Below, in pieces: positions 1-8,827 of a DNA stretch of 64,000 nt. Source of the stretch: Nitrospinaceae bacterium (GTDB lineage Bacteria > Nitrospinota > Nitrospinia > Nitrospinales > Nitrospinaceae). Location: NCBI GenBank assembly GCA_965223665.1, contig OZ245011.1:3808001-3872000 (forward strand), written 5' to 3'. The notes under the pieces were generated by a model. The model was not told where the DNA came from and ran no database searches. It worked only from the letters and a program-made list of their open reading frames with translations. How positions within the stretch are numbered: the first letter of the stretch is position 1; each line of letters starts with the position of its first letter. The position numbers and the translations under genes were made by a program.

Positions 1-294
1 ATAACTGAACATTTTAAAACTTCTAATGGATCTTTAGTTAGTGGGTTATTCTTTGCATGTATGTGTCATGATGATTGGATGGAACACTTTCAGGTAATTC
101 AAAAAGATTTTGATTCCCTGGAAATACTTTATAAACCTAAACGTCAACCTTCTGAAAATAACTTTAAAGTGATCAATGATAAAATAAAGACAGTTATGGG
201 AAATGATTGTCATATTAAATGGAAGGAAGTGGAAGCTATTCCACTTTCCCCACAAGGCAAACAAGTCATTACTAAAAATTTGATTGCTTCCTAA
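1..294 (+). CDS. C-terminal part of a phenylacetate-CoA ligase-like (CapK/PaaK family) protein, truncated by the window edge
   Basis: Frame 1 is open from base 1 (ITEHFKTSNGSLVSGLFF...). The FQVIQ and 'VEAIPLSPQGK' C-terminal motifs are typical of this adenylate-forming family. Confidence 0.7.
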   Translation: MTEHFKTSNGSLVSGLFFACMCHDDWMEHFQVIQKDFDSLEILYKPKRQPSENNFKVINDKIKTVMGNDCHIKWKEVEAIPLSPQGKQVITKNLIAS

Positions 295-451
295 TCCAAT
301 GGTTTAGCGAAAATAATTTTGAAGAATCATAAGTATTTTGGGAAAAATAGTTTTATTCTATTCCAGATGTTACCTTCTCCATATTTAAAATTTAAAAATA
401 CGAAGCTGATATAAAAACTTTATCCTCAATGTCTTAATAACAAAAATTCTT

Positions 452-1615
452 TTAATTAAAATCTATTTCATAAGGTGGAATTAAGGTACTTAAAATATTT
501 TCATCAATTTTTTCCACTTGACGAAATTCTCCAACGACGGGACTATTGGAGGGAATTACGCATTCGTCGTCTACCAATGCACTAACAATGGTAACGGTTT
601 GAGGAGCATCACTAGTTGGTATCCAAAGTTCTACTGCTTGGATAGTTGGAGGTATTTTTGTTTTATCGTCTATTCTGAATAAAAAATGTTGATCAAAAAT
701 AGACCATTGAGCGTCTGAAAGTGAACTCGTGGAAACATAGGGGAAACCCAAGCAATCACTTTCTTCAAAAAAGAATGCGGGATTCGATGCATTTGGAATT
801 TGAATTATATCATCTGCTTTTTCAGAACTAAATCTCATTAAAAAGTTATAATTTTCACCGGTTGGATTGTTATAGGGTACCAAAACTTGAGCCTCTCTGG
901 AACTTTGAAGATCTATTACTTGACCTATAGTGTTTGGCTCTCTGCCACAACTTGAGTCTGCGCAGTCCTTTAAAACAAAATTTAAATTTCCTAATGGTTG
1001 AGTCGAAAAACTTACCTCTAACTTGGGTGAGATACCTCCAGATTCTCTGGAACTAAACACTATGCCATTATTTGAATTAACGGTTCGAATGGCAATTCCA
1101 TTATTGGGAGTTGAACCGTTAACCCAACCTTGAACTAAAGCTACTCCGGCGGCATTTAAGTTTACAGTAATCATTCCTGGGACCGAGGAAATTATGGTGC
1201 CTAGGACATTGCTGGAATTTAAATCTTTCCAGGCTACTGATGCTTCAGACCATGGATTGTGTTGGGACAATATGTTATAGGGTTCATTGCTTGGATTTAA
1301 AATTTCAAGGGTAATTGTAGCAGAAATTATTTTAGCAGTAATTGGTATAGAAGAAACTTCCCACTTGATAACAGAGGCAACCTCACCATATTGGCCACTA
1401 TTGGGGTCAAATTGTATTCCATCAGCTTTTAATTCTAATTCATTTCCAAAATTGGAAGTTGGGGAACGTTCAACCAAAAAACTATCTTGGGTTCCCGCAT
1501 AACTGTCGTCCGGCATTTTGCCATCCTGAAAAGCGGTAGTAACAGCAAATGCGGAGGAATAAATTCCTAAAGAAATTATACAAGCTGTAATAAACTGACA
1601 AGTGAGCTTTTTCAT
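452..1615 (-). CDS. Secreted DNRLRE/CBM96-like domain protein with an unknown C-terminal domain
   Basis: Signal peptide ending AFA. Motifs DSFLV..P..NFG, IISATITL, WSE..V.W, VQGWVNG..NNG, FSSRE..PKLEV. AGGAG RBS upstream. Confidence 0.7.
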   Translation of the reverse strand: MKKLTCQFITACIISLGIYSSAFAVTTAFQDGKMPDDSYAGTQDSFLVERSPTSNFGNELELKADGIQFDPNSGQYGEVASVIKWEVSSIPITAKIISATITLEILNPSNEPYNILSQHNPWSEASVAWKDLNSSNVLGTIISSVPGMITVNLNAAGVALVQGWVNGSTPNNGIAIRTVNSNNGIVFSSRESGGISPKLEVSFSTQPLGNLNFVLKDCADSSCGREPNTIGQVIDLQSSREAQVLVPYNNPTGENYNFLMRFSSEKADDIIQIPNASNPAFFFEESDCLGFPYVSTSSLSDAQWSIFDQHFLFRIDDKTKIPPTIQAVELWIPTSDAPQTVTIVSALVDDECVIPSNSPVVGEFRQVEKIDENILSTLIPPYEIDFN

Positions 1616-1820
1616 AGCGTCTCCTTTTTGATATTTTTACTGCATATTTTTTTAGGTAGGCCGTCATGTTTATGACCGCAGAATTGGGTTTGATTATCCC
1701 TTTAGGAGTTTAATTTATTGGAAAATGCTGAAAGGGGAGGGAGAGCCTGAAACGCGCTACCCAAAATATTCCCCAAAGACTAATGAGTCCCAAGAAAAGT
1801 CGGTAGTCCGTTGAAAATTA

Positions 1821-1897
1821 TGGTGGGCCCAGCAGGATTCGAACCTGCGACCATCCGGTTATGAGCCGGGGGCTCTAGCCAACTGAGCTATGGGCCC
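1821..1897 (-). tRNA. tRNA with CAU anticodon, most likely tRNA-Ile2 (lysidine)
   Basis: Reverse complement GGGCCCATAGCTCAGTTGGCTAGAGCCCCCGGCTCATAACCGGATGGTCGCAGGTTCGAATCCTGCTGGGCCCACCA forms a cloverleaf with encoded CCA. The paired G1-C72 excludes fMet. Sequence style and position after rpoD favour Ile2 over elongator Met. Confidence 0.93.
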
Positions 1898-1903
1898 TTG
1901 CAA

Positions 1904-3670
1904 TTAACCTTCTATGAAGCTGCGTAATTTTTTGCTCCGGCTGGGATGTCGCAATTTGCGGAGAGCTTTAGCTTCGATTTGACGAATACGCTCACGCGTA
2001 ACTGCAAAATCTTGGCCCACTTCTTCTAATGTATGTTCAGAATCTAAACCAATCCCGAATCGTTTTCTTAAAACTTTTTCTTCACGATTGGCCAAGGTCC
2101 CTAGAACTTTGAGAGTTTGATCTTTCAGATTCTTTTTAACAACAGCATCAATTGGGGATAAAACTTTTTTATCTTCAATAAAATCACCCAAATGACTGTT
2201 TTCTTCCTCGCCGATGGGAGTTTCTAAGGAAATAGGTTCTTTTGCAATTTTTAGAACTTTGCGAACCTTATCAACAGGTAAATTCATTTTTTCTGCAATT
2301 TCTTCAGGGGCAGGTTCTCTTCCGAGTTCTTGTACTAAATGCCTGGAAACTCGAATCAGTTTGTTGATAGTTTCAATCATATGAACTGGAATTCGAATAG
2401 TTCTTGCCTGATCCGCAATAGCTCTAGTAATTGCCTGTCGAATCCACCATGTGGCATAAGTACTGAATTTATATCCTCGTCGGTATTCAAATTTATCGAC
2501 TGCTTTCATCAAGCCAATGTTGCCCTCTTGGATAAGATCCAAAAATTGTAAACCTCGGTTGGTATATTTTTTAGCAATACTCACCACCAGGCGCAGGTTG
2601 GCTTCCGCAAGTTCCCGTTTTGCTGCTTTGTCTTTTACTCTTCCACGTGCAATTGATCTAACTGTGGAGAGTAACTGATCTTTTGACGTTCCAGTATCCA
2701 CTTCAATTTTTTTGATTTTTTTGCGGCATGCTTGAACTACTTTCATGTGTTTATCGTATTGAACCTTTGTTAACACCTTTCCTGAAGGCAACTTGACGCT
2801 TTTTTGCTTGGTCCAGTTTTTGGCTAACTTTTTTACATCCGCTAATGACATTTTTAATTCTTTTTCTAAAAGCCTCTCTTGTTTTCCTGCTTCTCGAAAT
2901 TCAGCTGCGATTTCATATATTTTCTCAATGATTTTGTCCATTTCATCAATGGTTAGATTGAGTTCATGAATCGTATCCTCTAATTTTTTCTGCTGAGTGG
3001 CGAATTCTTTTTCGGTTTTAGATCTCACTTTTTCTGAGATTTTAGAGTCTTCCAATTTTGATCTAAGCTTTTCAAGTTTTTTGTCTTGATCATGTAAGCT
3101 CTTGATAATTTTTAAAACTCGTTTGGTTTCTTCTTTTTCTAGTTCTTCTTTTTTTTCTTCAGGTTCGCCGTGATTGATAATATCAAAAACGCTCAATTCT
3201 CCCTTTTTGATCTGGCGGGACATTTCGGAAAGCTCAACTTGAGTCACTGAGCAATTAGCCACCGCAAAAAGTACTTCATTTTGTCCTTGTTCGATACGCT
3301 TAGCTATCTCTACTTCACCTTCACGAGTCAGAAGAGAAATAGTTCCCATTTCTCTTAAATACATTCTTACAGGATCATCAATGCTGACATTGTCAGGCTT
3401 GTTTTCGGTAATAGTTTCTTCAGCAGGAGTATCGTCTTTTTCCTGGTCCTCCTCTTCGTCTGCAGACTTATCACTTTTTAAAGCAGTGTCCACAATATCA
3501 ATTTCATTTTCTCCAAATAGGTGCATCAAGTCATCAATTTGGTCGGGAGCTACTAAATTAGCCGGAAGGACGTCATTGACTTCTTCATAAGTAAGGTATC
3601 CTTTCTCTTTTCCTAAAGAAATCAGTTGATTAACTTCAGATACATCAGCGATTTTGTCAGCATTTGCCAT
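1904..3670 (-). CDS. rpoD: Primary RNA polymerase sigma factor RpoD
   Basis: Regions 1.1 and 1.2 ([11 protein letters not shown]), [36 protein letters not shown]. Confidence 0.98.
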   Translation of the reverse strand: MANADKIADVSEVNQLISLGKEKGYLTYEEVNDVLPANLVAPDQIDDLMHLFGENEIDIVDTALKSDKSADEEEDQEKDDTPAEETITENKPDNVSIDDPVRMYLREMGTISLLTREGEVEIAKRIEQGQNEVLFAVANCSVTQVELSEMSRQIKKGELSVFDIINHGEPEEKKEELEKEETKRVLKIIKSLHDQDKKLEKLRSKLEDSKISEKVRSKTEKEFATQQKKLEDTIHELNLTIDEMDKIIEKIYEIAAEFREAGKQERLLEKELKMSLADVKKLAKNWTKQKSVKLPSGKVLTKVQYDKHMKVVQACRKKIKKIEVDTGTSKDQLLSTVRSIARGRVKDKAAKRELAEANLRLVVSIAKKYTNRGLQFLDLIQEGNIGLMKAVDKFEYRRGYKFSTYATWWIRQAITRAIADQARTIRIPVHMIETINKLIRVSRHLVQELGREPAPEEIAEKMNLPVDKVRKVLKIAKEPISLETPIGEEENSHLGDFIEDKKVLSPIDAVVKKNLKDQTLKVLGTLANREEKVLRKRFGIGLDSEHTLEEVGQDFAVTRERIRQIEAKALRKLRHPSRSKKLRSFIEG

Positions 3671-3725
3671 TGGTGGATTTTCTCCTAATCAATAATTGGG
3701 CCTTATTCCTTTAGATGCAAAATTT

Positions 3726-5513
3726 TCATTCAGGGATTAAAGAAAGGCGCATTTTATGAACTTGTTCTTGTAATAAGCGGGACTTATGAGTTTCCCCTGC
3801 TTGTTCCGCTTCTTGTCGTTGTTTTCTTAATTCGTTTATTTGTTTTTGAACTTCCCGATTTTTGATCTTTGCAATGCATTCCGCTTTAGCTTTGGAAATA
3901 TTGTCAAAAACCATGGGTGAAAGACTTATTTCGGTTAAAACTGATTTAATGTCGGCTTCCTCCGTTCTATCTATTAGTCGATCAACCCGGACCGGTTCTC
4001 CATCTGCGAGCCATTCATATATTAGCCCGGCGGTTTCTCGGTAAAAACGATCTTCATAACAATCTAATGGAACTTCTCGGCATATTTCTTGGGCTGTTTT
4101 TTCATTATCCAGTAACAAATGAATAAGATACCACTCTGCACTTTGGGTAGAGGGTCGTTTTTTATCTTTAACCAGGTTTGTTTTAGGAATATTTTGATTT
4201 AAAGCCTTTTTAATTTCCTCCAAAAGGGCTTTATCGCTAATTTTTAGCGAATCTGCACAGTATTTTGTGTATTCGGTTCTTTCCACAACATTTTTTACTT
4301 TAACTAATACTGGCAAAATTTGATTAAGAGCCTCTAATTTCCCCTCTGTATTTTTTGTATCTATGGAATTCACGGTTTGGTCAACTAAATATTTTAAAAA
4401 AGGAGAAGCATTTTTAACTCGATTTAAAAATAACTCAGAGCCTTCTTTGAGAATTAAGGAATCGGGATCATGACCTAAGGGTAATGAAACTACTTTTACT
4501 TGAAGTCCAGATTCTGAAAGAACCTCATAACCTCGAAATGCAGCTTTCTGTCCTGCGGCATCAGCATCAAATACTAGAATGACTTGATCAGTGTATTGCC
4601 TCAAAAGATTGGCCTGTTTAGAAGTTATTGCGGTGCCACAAGTAGCTACAGAGTTATAAATACCATATTGCCAGGCACGAAGGTGATCAAAATAGCCTTC
4701 CATAATCAGGACTTGCTTTTCTTTTCGGATGGATTCTTTGGCAGAATGCAAGCCATATAAATGATTTCCTTTTTTGTAAACTAAAGTTTCAGGAGAATTT
4801 AGGTATTTGGGTTCCCCTTTATCAAGGATTCGACCTCCAAATCCAATAACGTTGCCACGAGAATCCTTAATAGGAAAAATTACCCGCTCACGGAACCTAT
4901 CGAAATAAACTTCCTTATCTTTACCCTCGGAGGTCATTTTTTTTGAAACTAATCCAAATTTTTCAAGAATTTTGGGAGAACACTTATGAATTCTCTCAAA
5001 ATTTGTCAATAAATCCCGCCAATTTGCTGTGGCCCACCCTAATTCAAATTGATTGATTACCTCTTCATTGAACCCACGTTTGTAAAGATAATCTCTGGCC
5101 TTTTTCCCGGAACTTCCTTTTAATAAGGAATAAAAATGTTTTGCTGCCAATTGGTTGATATCAATTAACCTTTCCTTTTCATTCCTGTTAGGTGAAAAAC
5201 CAGTTGCGGTAGTAGTATTTGGAATATTGACCTGAAATCTTTGTCCTAGCTTTTGAACAACTTCCACAAAGGAAAGATTTTCAATTTCCATTAGAAATTT
5301 GAAAACGTTTCCGCCCATTCCACAGCCAAAACAGTGATAAATTTGTTTTTCTGAATTTACAGTGAATGAGGGAGTTTTTTCAGAATGAAAAGGACAGAGG
5401 CCTTTGTGGTTTTTTCCACTCCTCTTAAGCGGGACATGTTCAGAAATGACCTCAATGATATCGGCCCGAGAGCGAATCTCTTCAATAATATGTTCAGGAA
5501 TAAAGTTACTCAA
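3726..5513 (-). CDS. dnaG: DNA primase
   Basis: CPFH..CFGC zinc finger, KYLNSPET, EGYFD, FDADAAG Toprim motif. TTG start. Confidence 0.98.
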   Translation of the reverse strand: MSNFIPEHIIEEIRSRADIIEVISEHVPLKRSGKNHKGLCPFHSEKTPSFTVNSEKQIYHCFGCGMGGNVFKFLMEIENLSFVEVVQKLGQRFQVNIPNTTTATGFSPNRNEKERLIDINQLAAKHFYSLLKGSSGKKARDYLYKRGFNEEVINQFELGWATANWRDLLTNFERIHKCSPKILEKFGLVSKKMTSEGKDKEVYFDRFRERVIFPIKDSRGNVIGFGGRILDKGEPKYLNSPETLVYKKGNHLYGLHSAKESIRKEKQVLIMEGYFDHLRAWQYGIYNSVATCGTAITSKQANLLRQYTDQVILVFDADAAGQKAAFRGYEVLSESGLQVKVVSLPLGHDPDSLILKEGSELFLNRVKNASPFLKYLVDQTVNSIDTKNTEGKLEALNQILPVLVKVKNVVERTEYTKYCADSLKISDKALLEEIKKALNQNIPKTNLVKDKKRPSTQSAEWYLIHLLLDNEKTAQEICREVPLDCYEDRFYRETAGLIYEWLADGEPVRVDRLIDRTEEADIKSVLTEISLSPMVFDNISKAKAECIAKIKNREVQKQINELRKQRQEAEQAGETHKSRLLQEQVHKMRLSLIPE

Positions 5514-5560
5514 CGAAAATTTATCAATTTAATTGTTTCAGGTAGTTGTAGTTTAATATT

Positions 5561-5583
5561 GCGAGAGCTTCGGGAAACCTCGC
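5561..5583 (-). terminator. Hairpin between yqeY and dnaG (possible attenuator or processing site)
   Basis: GCGAG-agcttcgggaaac-CTCGC imperfect inverted repeat directly after the yqeY stop. No good U-tract. Confidence 0.35.
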
Positions 5584-6029
5584 TATTTATTTAGAAGTTC
5601 TGCGACCAAGCTTTTAATTAGGCTCCCGTCTGCTTTTCCCTTAAACTCCGGTATAACTATTTTCATAACCTTGCCAAGATCTTTGGGGCCTTCAGCGCCC
5701 GAATCTTTTATAGCTTGTAGAATTTTTACCCGTAATTCTTCTTCTCCAATTTGCTCAGGAAGATATTCCATTAAAATCGACATTTCTTGCTCTTCCTTGT
5801 CTTTAAGTTCTGGTCGGCCTCCTTGCTCATAAATAGCTGCAGCTTCTTTTCTCTTTTTTATTTGGGTTGTGAGGAGAGAAATTATTTCTTCATCGCTTAA
5901 GTCCTTACGAAGGTCAATTTCTCTATTTTTGATTTCGGAACTTACAAGTCGAAGGGTGGAAACCTTCAGGGAGTTTTTCTCTTTCATCGCTCCTTTTATG
6001 TCAGAAAGGAGTCTCTGTTTAAGTTCCAT
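5583..6029 (-). CDS. yqeY: GatB/YqeY domain protein
   Basis: AMK...LR....IKN.EI, KKRKEA...Y..GGR, YLP, DLGKVM, GKADG. Typical position upstream of dnaG. Confidence 0.93.
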   Translation of the reverse strand: MELKQRLLSDIKGAMKEKNSLKVSTLRLVSSEIKNREIDLRKDLSDEEIISLLTTQIKKRKEAAAIYEQGGRPELKDKEEQEMSILMEYLPEQIGEEELRVKILQAIKDSGAEGPKDLGKVMKIVIPEFKGKADGSLIKSLVAELLNK

Positions 6030-6049
6030 ATAAAAAAGACCAAATTGGA

Positions 6050-6078
6050 AATATACAAACCGAATATAAATTTGTCAA
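6050..6078 (-). promoter_or_regulatory. Sigma70 promoter of the yqeY-dnaG-rpoD operon
   Basis: Minus strand TTGACA-N17-TATATT. Confidence 0.75.
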
Positions 6079-6297
6079 TAGGCGGCTGAAATTTTCTATG
6101 TGTTTCTAATCAGAGTTTTATTTTTCTTCATTCCTGGCAAAAGTAATTGATTTACCGTAAATTAAAAATTCTCTTCGGATAATTGAAATACATTTTTTTT
6201 ATTAGGAAAAAATGCATATTGGGAATTTTATGACATTTGGTAGGAATCTTGAATAAAATAAATGGATTTTTTGAAAAAAAATTGAAGGAGGTTGGTT

Positions 6298-7965
6298 TTG
6301 AAACGGTTTTTGGTTGTTTTCGTGTTTTTAAAATTATTGGGTTCCGTAAATGTGGAGAGTATGGAAGGGGATAGGATCATTTTCCAAGCCATGGAGGAGG
6401 AAATGTCTCGATCTTTAAAACAACTCAAAGTGGATGTTTTTGATCCCCCTTATTTTATGAATTATCAAATTCGGCATCATGATCATGCAGAGGTAGCAGC
6501 TAGCTTCGGAGCTATTATTCGTTCTACTTTTACACCTAAAAGGACATTATTTGTTGATGTACGAGTAGGGGATGAAAAGTTTGATAGTTCAGTTCCTAAT
6601 AGTCATCGGTATCATATGGAACAATTTATTCCCATTGAAAATGATTTAGACAGTTTAAGGCGAGTTATTTGGTATGAAACCGATTTACGCTACAAGCAAG
6701 CAATAGTAAATTTCTTAAAAAAGAAAGGCAGGTTTATTAGCGGTGTTGATAGTCATTCACTACCAGACTTTTCAAGAGGGAAATCCCCTCAAATTCGATT
6801 AGACCCAATCCCCGACTGGAATTTGTCTCAGAAATCCCTAAAAGAATTGGTTCGGTCTATTTCAAGGGTTTTTCGAAAGGTTCCAGATATAGAAAAATCA
6901 CAAGTAAAATTTTTAGCTGACAGGGATATTCATTATTACTATGATTCTGATGGAAATAAAATTAGAGAGGCCAATATTTATTTTGGATTATTAATTAAAG
7001 CTTGGACCAAAACGGAGGAAGGTTCCCAAATCCATGATCAAAAGGCGTTTTACTTTTCCACTATTGATCAAATACCTTCCAAAAAGAAATTAATTAAGGC
7101 TGCAAATGAATTAATATCTTCTGTAAAAAAACTTAAACTTGCCCCGCGAATGGACCCATATGTTGGGCCTGCCATATTTAGCTCTGATGCCACGGCTGTT
7201 CTTTTTCATGAAGCAATTGGGCATCGATTAGAGGGGGATAGATTAAGAAACAAAAAGGACGGAAAAACTTTTTTAAAAAAAGTGGGAGAACAAATTTTAC
7301 CTGAGTTTATATCAATTAAGGACGATCCTACTATTAAAAACTTTGATGGTAAACCTTTACTTGGGCATTTTCATTATGATGATCAAGGTCAGGAAAGTGA
7401 AGAAGTTGTTCTCATTGATCACGGAAAATTGAAGGGTTTTTTGCTTTCCAGAACTCCCATTTTAGGATTTAGTAAAACCAATGGGCATGCCCGTGGGGAT
7501 GGTATTCACTTCCCAACTGCTCGAATGGGGAACTTTTTTGTTAGGTCAGAAAATACGGTTTCGGACAATTTATTAAAGAATAAGTTGATTGAGGAAGTAA
7601 TACGTCAAGGAAAACCCTATGGGTTAATCGTTAAAAAAATAGTAGGTGGGGAAACTCATACAGAAAGTGATTTTTTTCAAGTTTTTAAAGGGAAGCCATT
7701 GTATTTGGTAAAAGTATATCCGGATGGAAAAGAGGAAATGGTCCGGGGTGTTGACTTTGTAGGAACCCCCCTATCCATGATAAGTAAAATATTGGTTACT
7801 GGAAAAACTCTTTCTGTAGTGAACGGATTTTGTGCAGCTGAGTCCGGAAACTTGCCCGTTACAAGCATTACACCCAGTATTTTGTTAAGTGAGGTGGAGC
7901 TTCAGTCCTCAAATCAATCCACTGTATCTAAACCTATTTTACCGGCTCCATTAGTTGCAAATTAA
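6298..7965 (+). CDS. TldD/PmbA family metalloprotease with a probable signal peptide
   Basis: FHEAIGHRLEG, DDPT, YDDQG, TNGHAR, GFCAAESG. Hydrophobic N-terminus. AAGGAGG (6285-6291) fits a TTG start at 6298. Confidence 0.88.
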   Translation: MKRFLVVFVFLKLLGSVNVESMEGDRIIFQAMEEEMSRSLKQLKVDVFDPPYFMNYQIRHHDHAEVAASFGAIIRSTFTPKRTLFVDVRVGDEKFDSSVPNSHRYHMEQFIPIENDLDSLRRVIWYETDLRYKQAIVNFLKKKGRFISGVDSHSLPDFSRGKSPQIRLDPIPDWNLSQKSLKELVRSISRVFRKVPDIEKSQVKFLADRDIHYYYDSDGNKIREANIYFGLLIKAWTKTEEGSQIHDQKAFYFSTIDQIPSKKKLIKAANELISSVKKLKLAPRMDPYVGPAIFSSDATAVLFHEAIGHRLEGDRLRNKKDGKTFLKKVGEQILPEFISIKDDPTIKNFDGKPLLGHFHYDDQGQESEEVVLIDHGKLKGFLLSRTPILGFSKTNGHARGDGIHFPTARMGNFFVRSENTVSDNLLKNKLIEEVIRQGKPYGLIVKKIVGGETHTESDFFQVFKGKPLYLVKVYPDGKEEMVRGVDFVGTPLSMISKILVTGKTLSVVNGFCAAESGNLPVTSITPSILLSEVELQSSNQSTVSKPILPAPLVAN

Positions 7966-7980
7966 AAAATTTGCTTAAAA

Positions 7981-8004
7981 CGGTCAGGTATAATTCCCTG
8001 ACCG
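7981..8004. terminator. Probable bidirectional terminator
   Basis: CGGTCAGG-N8-CCTGACCG between convergent genes, with flanking A and T runs. Confidence 0.75.
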
Positions 8005-8080
8005 CTTCATTTTATTTGTCATTACACTTCTATTTTTTGGTTTTTTAATATCTCCTCAACACCCGTTATTCAATTTTTAA

Positions 8081-8482
8081 TTATTTGCAATGAACTTTGA
8101 GATTTGAAGAACCCATGGTTGTATTTATTATTCTGGCTTCATCTACCTTATTTCCCTGGCTTGCTCCAGTTGCAAAAATGGATCGATCCTCTAAATTATA
8201 TGAAAGCTTTCCTCCTGCTGGAATCATGTCTCTATCATAATTATCACCATTACCACGAATAATTTGGACTTCGGCCATATCCTCTCCTAAGTTCTCGACT
8301 GAGAAGTTTTTATTGCAATAAGTTGTAGTCCCGGGGGCTAAAAGCGCCTCATCATTTTTTAAAGTTTCCACGAACCACGGTTCTACGGTAACATCTTCAG
8401 ACCAACTGAAATTAACGTTAAACATCATTGTTACAAGAAAAATGGCTAGAGCCATTAATGAAATTATTTTTAAGCTTTTCAT
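8081..8482 (-). CDS. Secreted hypothetical protein (133 aa, two Cys)
   Basis: Signal peptide (MKSLKIISLMALAIFL...SWS), GGGAG RBS, no family recognised. Confidence 0.8.
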   Translation of the reverse strand: MKSLKIISLMALAIFLVTMMFNVNFSWSEDVTVEPWFVETLKNDEALLAPGTTTYCNKNFSVENLGEDMAEVQIIRGNGDNYDRDMIPAGGKLSYNLEDRSIFATGASQGNKVDEARIINTTMGSSNLKVHCK

Positions 8483-8579
8483 AGTAATCTCCCTAATTTA
8501 TTCCAGTGTTTTCGAAACGGTAGGGTTGTCTTTTAAGGTTTAAATAGTGTGAGACTTCCCTTACAACTTCATTGGGAGT

Positions 8580-8595
8580 TACAAAAGAAATGCCA
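8580..8595 (-). promoter_or_regulatory. Sigma54 (-24/-12) promoter for the 8081-8482 gene
   Basis: Minus strand TGGCATTTCTTTTGTA versus consensus TGGCACG-N4-TTGCW, with exact spacing but GT instead of GC at -12. An enhancer-binding protein gene is adjacent. Confidence 0.6.
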
Positions 8596-8610
8596 AAGGT
8601 GATAATTTGA

Positions 8611-8623
8611 TAACTTATTGAAT
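8611..8623. promoter_or_regulatory. IHF-like site
   Basis: TAACTTATTGAAT, one mismatch to YAA-N4-TTGATW, lying between the sigma54 promoter and the putative UAS. Confidence 0.45.
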
Positions 8624-8651
8624 TTAAATGTTTTAATTGATTTTCGGTTTC

Positions 8652-8770
8652 TGGGAAAATTTATGCAATTGGCTGATTTTAGCTGCTTTTTTGTGGATTA
8701 AGCTTAACTATCTCAATTATTGGAATTGTTTGTAGTGGTGAATTTATACCATTTGGCTAATTTCTGCCGC
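8652..8770. promoter_or_regulatory. Two imperfect 35-bp direct repeats (putative upstream activator sequences)
   Basis: 8652 TGGGAAAATTTATGCAATTGGCTGATTTTAGCTGC versus 8736 TGGTGAATTTATACCATTTGGCTAATTTCTGCCGC: 23/35 identical, 84 bp apart. Confidence 0.55.
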
Positions 8771-8827
8771 AGGTAAAAACCCAAAGGCCTATATTTAATG
8801 TTGGAGGAGCCAAGTTGAAATTGAAAA

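Noticed and set aside
1640..1720. Possible c-di-GMP riboswitch upstream of the DNRLRE gene
   Set aside because: Only one short hairpin is present; the GGCAAA/GNRA/GCAAAG core is absent.
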